A DNA stretch of 64,000 nucleotides from an uncultured Bacteroidia bacterium (lineage in GTDB: Bacteria > Bacteroidota > Bacteroidia > J057 > CALAJH01). The stretch spans positions 60,151 through 124,150 of the forward strand of contig CALAJH010000024.1 of the NCBI GenBank assembly GCA_937922655.1, given 5' to 3'. Shown piece by piece: positions 45,781 through 54,343 of the stretch; within the stretch, counting starts at the first letter, position 1; each line of letters begins with the position of its first letter. Both the position numbers and the translations under genes were made by a program. The notes beneath the pieces were generated by a model. The model had not been told where the DNA came from. It worked only from the letters and a program-made list of their open reading frames with translations, and made no database searches.

Positions 45781-46146
45781 ATGGAAGAAATCAGCGAAAT
45801 GACCTACACGCATCAACAAATTGAAGCCGCCGCTTTGTTTTCCCTGTCGGGGAGCCTGTTGGGTGAAAGCGAGCGTGTCAGTCTCAAAAACGAGTTCGAC
45901 GCCTACCTCGACAAGGGTATCAATCATTTCATTATTGATTTAACCAATCTCCAACTTATCAACTCCAACGGCTTGGGGGTTTTTATTACCCTTTACACCA
46001 AGGTGCGCAACAAACGGGGCGAAATGATACTCTGCAATCCGTCCCAAAACATTTCGACGCTTTTGGCCATCACCAAACTCAATTCGGTGTTTACGGTGGC
46101 CTCGTCGGTCGAGGAAGGCTTGAGACTGCTCAATAAGCCTCAATAA
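45781..46146 (+). CDS. STAS-domain protein (anti-sigma-factor-antagonist fold)
   Basis: ...FIIDLTNLQLINSNGLGVFITLY...GEMILCNPSQNISTLLAITKLNSVFTV... SpoIIAA-like text. The stop overlaps the purA ATG (TAATG). Confidence 0.75.
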   Translation: MEEISEMTYTHQQIEAAALFSLSGSLLGESERVSLKNEFDAYLDKGINHFIIDLTNLQLINSNGLGVFITLYTKVRNKRGEMILCNPSQNISTLLAITKLNSVFTVASSVEEGLRLLNKPQ

Positions 46147-47369
46147 TGGCGGTAGACGTCCTACTGGGGTTGCAGTGGGGGGACGAAGGCAAAGGCAAAC
46201 TGGTGGACCGGTGGAGCCGCCGGGGCTATGATTACGTGGCTCGGTTTCAAGGCGGACCGAACGCGGGTCACACCATTTTCCACGAGGGCCGTCGGGTGGT
46301 CTTGCATCATGTGCCGGCGGGTATATTCGCCCCCGGCGTACGTTGCGTTATCGGCAACGGGGTCGTCGTCAATCCCTTGACTTTGGCTCAGGAAGTGGAA
46401 ACCTTGCGCGGTGTGGGCGTGGAGGTCGGCAAACGCCTGATAATTTCCACGCGGGCGCACTTGATTTTGCCCACCCACCCCAAAATCGACGCTTCCCACG
46501 AAAAATCACAGAACATCGGTTCGACGCTTCGCGGCATCGGCCCGACGTACCAAGATCGCGTTGCGCGGCGCGGACTGACCGTAGGCGACGTGCTTTGGGA
46601 CGACTTTCCCCACCGCGTTCGACATTTAACCGAAATTCATCGCCAAATGGGCGTGGCCCCCCCCGACCTGCAGGCGTTTATGCAAGCGGCATGCGCCTTG
46701 ACCGAACACGAAATCGCGGACGTGGAAACGATGCTGACGGACGCGTTGGATTCGGGGGCGATGGTCTTGGCCGAGGGAGCGCAAGGCACATTGCTCGACC
46801 TCGATTTTGGACAATACCCTTACGTTACGTCGTCGCACACGACGGCGGGCGCGGCGTGTACGGGCTTAGGCATAGGGCCGCGCCGAATACGCCACGTCAT
46901 CGGCGTATTTAAGGCCTACGCCACACGCGTGGGCAACGGCCCCTTCCCCACCGAACTCGAAGACGACGAGGCCGAACGTCTGCGCACCGCCGGCGGCGAA
47001 TACGGCGCGACCACGGGCCGTCCGCGGCGCTGTGGTTGGCTCGACCTGCCGGCCCTCAAATACGCCGTCAAGCTCAACGGCGTCGATATTTTATGCATGA
47101 CCAAACCCGACGTTCTGTCGAACTACGGCAGAATAAAGGTTTGCGTAAGTTACACCGACGCGAAAGGAAACAACCATCGGGTGTTGCCGTCGGTTCCCGA
47201 ACGGCGCGGACTCGTTCCCAACTACGTCGAATTGTCCGCTTGGAACGAACCCCGTAAGGAAGACCCCGGCTTTGCCAAATTTTTGAACCTCGTTGAATCC
47301 GAATTGGGTATGCGCGTAGAATACGTTTCCTATGGTCCCGGACGAGAAGAAATTCGGCATTACCCCTGA
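46146..47369 (+). CDS. purA: adenylosuccinate synthase
   Basis: GLQWGDEGKGKLVD P-loop, ...GGPNAGHT..., ...GTTGRPRRCGWLD. Confidence 0.95.
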   Translation: MAVDVLLGLQWGDEGKGKLVDRWSRRGYDYVARFQGGPNAGHTIFHEGRRVVLHHVPAGIFAPGVRCVIGNGVVVNPLTLAQEVETLRGVGVEVGKRLIISTRAHLILPTHPKIDASHEKSQNIGSTLRGIGPTYQDRVARRGLTVGDVLWDDFPHRVRHLTEIHRQMGVAPPDLQAFMQAACALTEHEIADVETMLTDALDSGAMVLAEGAQGTLLDLDFGQYPYVTSSHTTAGAACTGLGIGPRRIRHVIGVFKAYATRVGNGPFPTELEDDEAERLRTAGGEYGATTGRPRRCGWLDLPALKYAVKLNGVDILCMTKPDVLSNYGRIKVCVSYTDAKGNNHRVLPSVPERRGLVPNYVELSAWNEPRKEDPGFAKFLNLVESELGMRVEYVSYGPGREEIRHYP

Positions 47370-47419
47370 CTTTGGGGAACCTTGTTTCTCATCCGCGTGT
47401 AAGTTGCAACAAACGAACG

Positions 47420-48283
47420 ATGGTCAAAAAATTTCTTTCGCTCGTCAAGTTTTCCCACACGATATTTGCGATGCCTTTTGCGCTGACGGGGCTTTTTGCG
47501 GGATTTCGCGACGCGGGCGGCGTGGAATGGAAAACCCTGCTTTGGGTAACGATGTGTATGGTGTTCGCCCGCAACGCGGCCATGGCGTTCAACCGTTGGT
47601 TGGACCGGGACGTGGACGCGCTCAATCCACGTACCGCCGTCCGCGAAATCCCTTCGGGTCTCGTTTCCCCACGGGCGGCGTTGTTTTTCGTCCTAATAAA
47701 TATGCTGGGGTTTGTGGCCACAACGTACTTTATCAACGATTGGTGTTTTTATTTGTCTCCGGTGGCGCTCTTCGTCGTGCTTTTTTATTCGTACACCAAA
47801 CGATTCACCGCCTTGTGCCACGTGGTTTTGGGAACGGGTTTGGCGTTGGCGCCGGTGGGCGCGTATTTGGCCGCAACGGGAAGGTTCGACGTCTCGGTCG
47901 TCGTCTTGGGGGTGGCGGTGTTGTGTTGGGTGGCCGGCTTTGACGTCGTCTATGCTTTGCAAGACGAAGAGTTTGACCGTAGCAAGGGTTTGCACAGTAT
48001 TCCGGCGGCGCTGGGCTACAACGGGGCGCTGTGGACGGCGCGGATTTTACACGTCGTTTCGGCGACGGCGTTGATTGTCGCGGCGCGAATGCTGGGGGGC
48101 GGACTTTTATACGTTGGGGCGGCGGGATTTTGCACGATGCTGGTGCGTCAGCATTACCTTGTCCACCGTTATCGCTTGGCAAAAATCAATTTGGCGTTCT
48201 TTACGGCCAACGGTTTTGCTTCGCTCTTCTTTGGGACATGCGCCGTCGGCGCCCTAACCCTCCAAATCTTGACACGCCCTTAA
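47420..48283 (+). CDS. UbiA-family aromatic polyprenyltransferase (4-hydroxybenzoate-type)
   Basis: 8-9 TM helices. NRWLDRDVD (NxxxDxxxD) and a second Asp-rich motif YALQDEEFD. Confidence 0.8.
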   Translation: MVKKFLSLVKFSHTIFAMPFALTGLFAGFRDAGGVEWKTLLWVTMCMVFARNAAMAFNRWLDRDVDALNPRTAVREIPSGLVSPRAALFFVLINMLGFVATTYFINDWCFYLSPVALFVVLFYSYTKRFTALCHVVLGTGLALAPVGAYLAATGRFDVSVVVLGVAVLCWVAGFDVVYALQDEEFDRSKGLHSIPAALGYNGALWTARILHVVSATALIVAARMLGGGLLYVGAAGFCTMLVRQHYLVHRYRLAKINLAFFTANGFASLFFGTCAVGALTLQILTRP

Positions 48284-48413
48284 ATTAAAAACGGTTTAAA
48301 CGGCATGTTTTTTGCCCGCGACAAACGAAACCCGTAGGGTCGGCGCTCATCTTTTATTCTTGTTTTGCCAAGACGCCTTCTTTTCTTTATTTCGCGTCAA
48401 TAGGCCGAAAACA

Positions 48414-49946
48414 ATGTTTTCGTATTTTTGTGGCATGACTTGGGCGCTGCTGATATTGGCGATGACGTGGGTCGAGGGGGCTTGGGCGCAATTTCCGGTA
48501 TTGACGTGGCAAAAATTTTACGGTTCGGAAGGGGCGGACGTCCCGCGTCGGATTATTACCGGCCCCGAAAACACTTTGTTTATTGCCGGCGCCGTTCCCG
48601 ACGCTTACGGAGAAACCGACGGGTACATCGCCCGCATTCGCCTCAACGGGCAAATCGTTTGGTCCCGACGCATCGAAGGCAAAGGAAACATCGAAGTCCG
48701 GGACCTTGCCCTTGTCAACGCGGGCAAGGAACTGATATTTTGCGGTGTTTCGGGGGCGGTAAGCGGCCACCCCGAAGACGGCGGTCCGATTTACGGCGGC
48801 GACTATCTCGTTGGCAAAATGAGCTTGGACGGCAAACTTTTGTTTAGCAAAACTTACGGCGGCAGTTTGCGCGACGAGGCATGGGCGTTGGCGCCCATCG
48901 GCGCGGACGGCGCCGTTGTCGCAGGCTCGTCGTGGTCGGCCAACTACGACGTGGAAAACAAGGCCGGCGGACTCAACGACGCATGGCTTTTACGCGTCAA
49001 TCAGTTCGGAGCGAAAATGAACAGCCGTACCGAGGGCGGCGCCAAAAACGACTGGGCGCAAGCCGCCGCATCGACGTCGGACGGCGGCGTTGTTTTGGCC
49101 GGATTCACCAACTCCGAAGACTGGGACGGCTCCGAAGCCCGGCACAACGGCGACGTCTGGATTGCCCGATACGATTTCGCGCTCAAATTGATTTGGCGAA
49201 TCATCGTCCGCTCCCCGTACGAAGACATGGTTTATCGTGTCGTCGAAACCAAGGAAGGCCGTATCGTCGCGGCGGGAAGCACCTTCCGCGAACAAGGAAA
49301 AAAACAATTTTGGATTATCGAAACCGACAAGGACGGCAACCTACTCACGGAAAAACCTTTCGGCGGCAACGGATTCGAGGAATTGACAAGCGTTTGCGCC
49401 TTACGCGACGGCGGTTTCGTTTTCACGGGCTATTCCCAATACAACACTTTGGCCAACCCGTTGATTAAAGGCAAACGCGACCTTTGGGTCATACGTACCG
49501 ACGCAAAATTCAACATCGTTTGGCAACGTACCTACGGAGGTCCAAACAACGAAGAAGGAGTGGACGTCGTTGAATTTCGCCCCGGAGAAATTTATGTTTT
49601 AGGGGTCAAAAACAATACGTTCGAAGCCGACAAACGCCCCCGACAAAACGACTTTTGGGTACTGAAAATCAAGGAACGTTCTTGCACCGACATGGAACTT
49701 TCCTGCGTAAGCAACTTCAACGATTTTTCCGTCAAGGTCAACGAACCGATTCGTTTTACCAACCAGTCCAAACACGGCGAACGCTTCAAATGGGAATTCG
49801 GCGACGGCACGACGTGGGAAGAGCGTCATGCGGTCAAAAAGTACACGCGTCCGGGTGTTTTCGTCGTCAAGCTCCATGGATTTATCGGCGAAAACTGCGA
49901 GGACGTGTACGTTTATCCCAAGCCGATTACGGTCGAAGGGCCTTAA
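48414..49946 (+). CDS. secreted beta-propeller-repeat protein with C-terminal PKD domain
   Basis: Signal MFSYFCGMTWALLILAMTWVEGAWAQ. About 7 repeats of the ...GG...D.A......DGG.V.AG...S......D.W....D..G...W type. C-terminal FKWEFGDGT... PKD text. Confidence 0.6.
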   Translation: MFSYFCGMTWALLILAMTWVEGAWAQFPVLTWQKFYGSEGADVPRRIITGPENTLFIAGAVPDAYGETDGYIARIRLNGQIVWSRRIEGKGNIEVRDLALVNAGKELIFCGVSGAVSGHPEDGGPIYGGDYLVGKMSLDGKLLFSKTYGGSLRDEAWALAPIGADGAVVAGSSWSANYDVENKAGGLNDAWLLRVNQFGAKMNSRTEGGAKNDWAQAAASTSDGGVVLAGFTNSEDWDGSEARHNGDVWIARYDFALKLIWRIIVRSPYEDMVYRVVETKEGRIVAAGSTFREQGKKQFWIIETDKDGNLLTEKPFGGNGFEELTSVCALRDGGFVFTGYSQYNTLANPLIKGKRDLWVIRTDAKFNIVWQRTYGGPNNEEGVDVVEFRPGEIYVLGVKNNTFEADKRPRQNDFWVLKIKERSCTDMELSCVSNFNDFSVKVNEPIRFTNQSKHGERFKWEFGDGTTWEERHAVKKYTRPGVFVVKLHGFIGENCEDVYVYPKPITVEGP

Positions 49947-50575
49947 CGAGCGTATTTAAGAGCGGGGACGGGCAAATATTGCGGGCCGTATTCTTTGGCC
50001 AAGGCTCCCAAAACGGCCGCCACGTTTTCGACCCCGATTTTTTCCGCCCACTCGAAAGGCCCGAACGGATAATTGACCCCCAGCCGCATGGACGTTTCCA
50101 CGTCTTGGCGCGAGGCCGTGCCTTCGGCCGCCGTCCGGTAGGCCTCGTTGATAATCGGAAAAAGCACGCGCGGCGCAACCATGCCCACCCCCGCATGCAC
50201 CCGACGCGCCGAAATCCCCGACGCGCCCAACAACGCGCTTGCCGAAACGAAGTCGTCGTCGTTTCGGGCGACGACTTCCCAAGCGTTCAAACCAATAAAA
50301 TAAGGCAAGCCGTTGAAACCTACAAACCCCGGGCGTTCGGCAAATTCTTGATACGACGTTAGCACCGTCGAACCGAAAACAAATTTTGCACTCTCCAAAA
50401 CGTCGAGGTCGTAAGGGGTTTCGTCGAGCGTGGCGTGAACGACGAAATCAAATTCGGAGAACCGCAAGTGTTCCCAACCTTCGCCGGGGCCGACGACGGT
50501 CGGATGAATATTAGCCAGCGGACCGGCCAAAAGGTCGTCCTTCCGCGGACCTTCGGCAACGACCAAAACTTTCAT
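49943..50575 (-). CDS. 3-hydroxyacyl-CoA dehydrogenase family protein with degenerate N-terminal NAD site
   Basis: C-terminal domain text ...RVLFPIINEAYRTAAEGTASRQDVETSMRLGVNYPFGPFEWAEKIG. The N-terminus reads MKVLVVAEGPRKDDL instead of GxGxxG. Confidence 0.65.
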   Translation of the reverse strand: MKVLVVAEGPRKDDLLAGPLANIHPTVVGPGEGWEHLRFSEFDFVVHATLDETPYDLDVLESAKFVFGSTVLTSYQEFAERPGFVGFNGLPYFIGLNAWEVVARNDDDFVSASALLGASGISARRVHAGVGMVAPRVLFPIINEAYRTAAEGTASRQDVETSMRLGVNYPFGPFEWAEKIGVENVAAVLGALAKEYGPQYLPVPALKYAR

Positions 50576-50937
50576 TTGCGGTATTTGCAACAACCGGGCA
50601 ACTTTTCGTAAGCGGCGTTGGGAGCTTTGACCTTTTCGGTGTCGTAGCCTGCGGCCGCCACCCGTTGATGCAAGCCTTCCTCGCTAATTTGGGTGGGATA
50701 GTAATTGACGGAAACGGTCTTTTTTTCGGCGTTCCATACGGCCTTCTTTACGCCTTTGGTTTTGAGCGCCTTTTCAATGGTCGCCTTACACATTCCGCAG
50801 TTTCCACTGACGGCGAAGGTTGTGGTTTTAAGTTCTTTGGCGCCCGTGGTTTTGGCGACTTTTTCTTTGCTTTGGGCAAAAACGGCGCCACTCATCGCCA
50901 AGCACAAACCCAATGCGACAAATAGTTTTTTTATCAT
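50572..50937 (-). CDS. secreted heavy-metal-associated (HMA) domain protein
   Basis: Signal MIKKLFVALGLCLAMSGAVFAQ. TTFAVSGNCGMCKATIEKAL (CxxC). C-terminal ...LPGCCKYRK. The stop overlaps the next ATG (ATGA). Confidence 0.75.
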   Translation of the reverse strand: MIKKLFVALGLCLAMSGAVFAQSKEKVAKTTGAKELKTTTFAVSGNCGMCKATIEKALKTKGVKKAVWNAEKKTVSVNYYPTQISEEGLHQRVAAAGYDTEKVKAPNAAYEKLPGCCKYRK

Positions 50938-50991
50938 TGCAAGCAGTAGACTTCGCTTAGAACACATTTCGGGGCGTAAACGTTCCCGGAT

Positions 50992-51017
50992 AAAAAAAGC
51001 CCCCCGAAGCGGGCGGC
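50992..51017 (-). terminator. rho-independent terminator after the OmpA-family gene
   Basis: Minus strand: gccgcccg-cttc-ggggggc stem (1 mismatch) followed by T7. Confidence 0.7.
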
Positions 51018-51051
51018 TTTTCTATCCAAAACTATGAAAACCTCGTTCTTG

Positions 51052-53163
51052 TTATTGCGGCTTTTTCTTTTTGTCGTAATCCAAAGACAGAATACGGAAT
51101 TCGGTACGGCGGTTGGCTTGTTCGTCGGCTTCGGACATTTCGGGATAAATGAGCGGCTGGGATTCGCCGTAACCGAACGACGACAAACGTCCGCGTTCTA
51201 TACCCGCTTTGACCAGATAATCGACGACGGAGCGGGCGCGTTTGTCGGCCAACGGACGATTGTACTCTTCGGAGCCGTTGGTGTCGGTGTGGGAACCAAT
51301 CTGAATAACGAGCCCCGGATTGTCGTTCATGATTTTAACCAAGCGGTTGAGTTCGGCTTCGGATTCGGGGCGCAAATCCCATTTGTCGAAGTCGTAATAA
51401 ATGTTTTGTAGGACGTAAGGCTCGATTTTTATGCGTTCGAGATAGATGTCGATGTCGCGTTCGAGGTCGGCGCTTTCGGTTACGTCTTTGGTGGAAACAA
51501 AAACTTCGTTGGCCAGATATTCGTAAGCGTTGCCGACGATTTTGTAATCGAAGCCGCTTTCGAGCGGGAACTCGTAGCGTCCGTCCTGTGCGGTTTTGAA
51601 CGTATCTACGGGAATGAGTTTGTTGTCAAGAATTTTGTAAAGGGTAACAGTGGCGAACGGAATAACCTGTTTGTTGCCGTAGTTGCGCACGGTGCCGTGT
51701 ACCGTGATTTTAATCGGGGGCTTATAGGCTTTGCGGAAACGCCAGATGTCGTCGCGTCCGAAGCCCAACGAGCTTTTGCGGTCGTGGGGCATAGCGTTGG
51801 GACGGTCGGAGGTGATGAAACCGAAGGCGTTTTCGTCGGATTCGGGAAGGAACCAATGAATGGTAAAGTCGTCGTAGCTGGTGTTGAGGGGGTAACCGAG
51901 ATTTTGGGGTTCGCCCCAGTTGCTCAGTTCGCCTTCGGAGACGTAAAGGTCGAAGCCGCCCAAACCGTTTTTGTGTCCGTTGGAGGCGAAATAAAGTTTT
52001 CCATCGGGGCCGATGGTCGGATAGAGTTCGTCGAAGGGGGTATTGATTTTATCGCCCGCGTGAACGGCGGGTCCCCATGCGTCGCCACTCTTTTGGCAAT
52101 ACCAAATGTCCGTCCCTCCCAAGCCGCCTTCACGGTCGGAGACAAAATAGACCGTTTGGCCGTCGGCCGAAAAGAAGGGTTGGGAGTCGAAGGTGGGAAC
52201 TTTTTTGGATTTGCCGTTGGATTTGGTGGCGCGTTTGGTCAAGCCGTTAAGGCTTGTGCCTTCGTCTTTTTTGCTGTCGGAGGCGCCGACTTTTTTGAAT
52301 TTGCCCCATTGCTTGGTTTCGGCGTTGTATTCCGAACTATAAATACTGCATCCCCAGTACTTGCGATATTTGCCGCCCCCGCAAATGGTGTAATACATCA
52401 TCATACCACTGGGGTCGACGACGGCGCTGCCGTCGTTGGCCTTGGTATTGACTTTTTTGCCCAAATTTTCGGGCGGGCCGAAGACGGTGTCGTTCGTTAA
52501 TTTCGCAATCCAAAGGTCGGAGAACTTTTCGTCCGTAAATTGGTAGGTACCCTTGCCTTTGTTGCCCGCACGGTGGGTGGTGAAAATAATGAAGGTATCG
52601 GCCTTCAAATAAAAAGGCCGGGGGTTGTAGTCGTTGTCTTTTTCGTTGATGGAAGTGGTGTCGATGCGGTACATGGGGGTGGCGGCCATGAGCTTGATGG
52701 CCCGGTCGCAACCCTCGCGTTGAAATTGCGCCTGTTGTTTGAATTCGTCGTTGTACTTGTAGCGTTTGAGAAATTCGTCGAACTGTTGCTTGGCCTCGGC
52801 GTAATTACCGCTTTTTTTGAGGGCTTCGGCCAAGTCGAAATAAATGGTATCGTTGGCGTTGGGGTTGATGGCGATGGCATGGCGGTAGTTGTCCACCGCG
52901 TTTTCCAGCCGTCCCAAATACCAATAGGAACGCGCAAGGCGGTAGGCCACGTGATAGTTGCTCACGTCGGCGTTGAAGGCTTCGGTATAAAGTTTTACCG
53001 CATCGGTCAGTTTACGGGTGATAAACGCGTTGTCGGCGTCTTTAATCGTTTGTCTGAGCTTGCGTTGCGCCTTTTCGTCCAGTGGTTTGGCGTCCGTTTG
53101 TGCGCGAACGGCGGCCGTTGCACACCAAAGCGTTGCCAAAACGTATAGTATCAAACGCATCAT
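51052..53163 (-). CDS. OmpA-family protein with N-terminal TPR and Tol-type beta-propeller region
   Basis: Signal MMRLILYVLATLWCATAAVRAQ, TPR-like helices, and a C-terminal OmpA_C text ...FDKWDLRPESEAELNRLVKIM...IGSHTDTNGSEEYNRPLADKRARSVVDYL. Confidence 0.8.
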   Translation of the reverse strand: MMRLILYVLATLWCATAAVRAQTDAKPLDEKAQRKLRQTIKDADNAFITRKLTDAVKLYTEAFNADVSNYHVAYRLARSYWYLGRLENAVDNYRHAIAINPNANDTIYFDLAEALKKSGNYAEAKQQFDEFLKRYKYNDEFKQQAQFQREGCDRAIKLMAATPMYRIDTTSINEKDNDYNPRPFYLKADTFIIFTTHRAGNKGKGTYQFTDEKFSDLWIAKLTNDTVFGPPENLGKKVNTKANDGSAVVDPSGMMMYYTICGGGKYRKYWGCSIYSSEYNAETKQWGKFKKVGASDSKKDEGTSLNGLTKRATKSNGKSKKVPTFDSQPFFSADGQTVYFVSDREGGLGGTDIWYCQKSGDAWGPAVHAGDKINTPFDELYPTIGPDGKLYFASNGHKNGLGGFDLYVSEGELSNWGEPQNLGYPLNTSYDDFTIHWFLPESDENAFGFITSDRPNAMPHDRKSSLGFGRDDIWRFRKAYKPPIKITVHGTVRNYGNKQVIPFATVTLYKILDNKLIPVDTFKTAQDGRYEFPLESGFDYKIVGNAYEYLANEVFVSTKDVTESADLERDIDIYLERIKIEPYVLQNIYYDFDKWDLRPESEAELNRLVKIMNDNPGLVIQIGSHTDTNGSEEYNRPLADKRARSVVDYLVKAGIERGRLSSFGYGESQPLIYPEMSEADEQANRRTEFRILSLDYDKKKKPQ

Positions 53164-53209
53164 TTCCTATTACGATACTTCTTTATCTGGTTCTATATCG
53201 ACCCGGGTG

Positions 53210-53244
53210 CAAAATTAAGTATTATTGGGCTACGGCCGACAAAA
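53210..53244 (-). promoter_or_regulatory. promoter TTTTG-N22-TAATTTTG for the OmpA-family gene
   Basis: Perfect -7 box (reverse complement of caaaatta, 53210-53217), 46 nt from the ATG. The -33 TTG sits at a slightly long spacing. Confidence 0.4.
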
Positions 53245-53451
53245 CTTTGCCGCTTTGACCGCTTTTGCCCAATATCCCTTTCAATCCGCAAACTTATAAA
53301 AAATCCCATTACAACCGCCGAACTTTTGATTTTTTTGATTTTAACCCCGACAAGCCCGAAATTTTTAACTTGACTGCTCATCGATACCTTTTCGGTAGCG
53401 TATCCCCCGGGCGGTGATGAAAAAAATATCCACATACCTAAAAGCATTTGC

Positions 53452-53826
53452 ATGATGAACGCCGCAACATGCCCGGCCCGGGGAAGCCGCAATGTCGTAA
53501 AAAACGGAAAACGAAACACAAAACAATGTTTTTTGTGTAAAAATTGTCGGAGACGCTTCGTCCACAACCCAAAAAGTCGTCGAAACCTTGGAATCACGTA
53601 AGAAAATTCCCTTTTTTATACCGATTTGTACGAAGTTTACAAAAGCGTCGTTCCCGAAAACGTGCACCGCCCTCAATCCCGAAGAGGCCCGACCCACCCC
53701 GTCGAACGTTTTAACGGCACGTTGCGCTCCAAAGCCTCGCGCCGGAAAAAGTTATTCCCCCGCCAAATCCCTCGACGCGTCGGCAGTGTTAAACCGATAA
53801 CGACAACGACGAGGACTGTTCTTTGA
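53452..53826 (+). mobile_element. IS1-family transposase remnant (internal deletion, stop at the junction)
   Basis: N-terminal zinc-ribbon text MMNAATCPARGSRNVVKNGKRNTKQCFLCKNCRRRF (one Cys replaced by Arg), stop at 53599. The same frame then continues with the C-terminal transposase text FYTDLYEVYKSVVPENVH...THPVERFNGTLRSKASRRKK. The central catalytic part is missing and I found no terminal inverted repeats. Confidence 0.6.
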
Positions 53827-53981
53827 AACACCTTCAAAATTATTCTTTGATATCAAGAATAAATGATTAAGGTTCGTCCATGCGGATTTTTCGTCGTTAT
53901 CTGTCGTACACTACCGACGCGCTTATCGGTTCCATCGGTTTTGCCATTTATCGCTACAACCTATCGTTATCGGTTTAACAC
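53786..53981. repeat. nested inverted repeats with TTATCGGTT-type sub-repeats
   Basis: Perfect 18-bp arms gtgttaaaccgataacga (53786-53803) and tcgttatcggtttaacac (53964-53981). Inner 8-bp pair aacgacga (53807-53814) / tcgtcgtt (53891-53898). (T/C)ATCGGTT recurs at 53923, 53933 and 53967. Confidence 0.6.
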
Positions 53982-54343
53982 CACCGATTTCGACAGGCAT
54001 TGACCAAAAACCATCCATCGTACCCCGTCAAATTTTTTAATTGGCAAAATTTTACACTTACATCTAAATTTATTCCAACGAATTATTTTAATTTTTTAAA
54101 AATTCTCAAAAAAAACTAATATAAACACCAACAATAATTTTTCCACAATGCCGGCGCGTCGCCCAAACGCAAGGACGAATGGTTGTGAATCGTCTCTCAA
54201 ACGGGGTCTTGTTATTGCGTATAAAATTCGGCTTTGTCGGGTGCGGGCAAAATTGCGTACAAAATCGAGGGATTTGCCGGACATGGCCGTAGACTTTTGG
54301 GCGTTGATACGAAAATGACGAAATTTGTCTTTTCATTAACGCC

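Noticed and set aside
53424-54148. Possible replication origin: AT-rich tract plus DnaA-box-like TATCCACA (53425-53432) and TTTTCCACA (54138-54146)
   Set aside because: There are only two imperfect boxes, about 700 bp apart. There is no box cluster and no dnaA, dnaN or other origin-linked gene. An IS-scar explanation is simpler.
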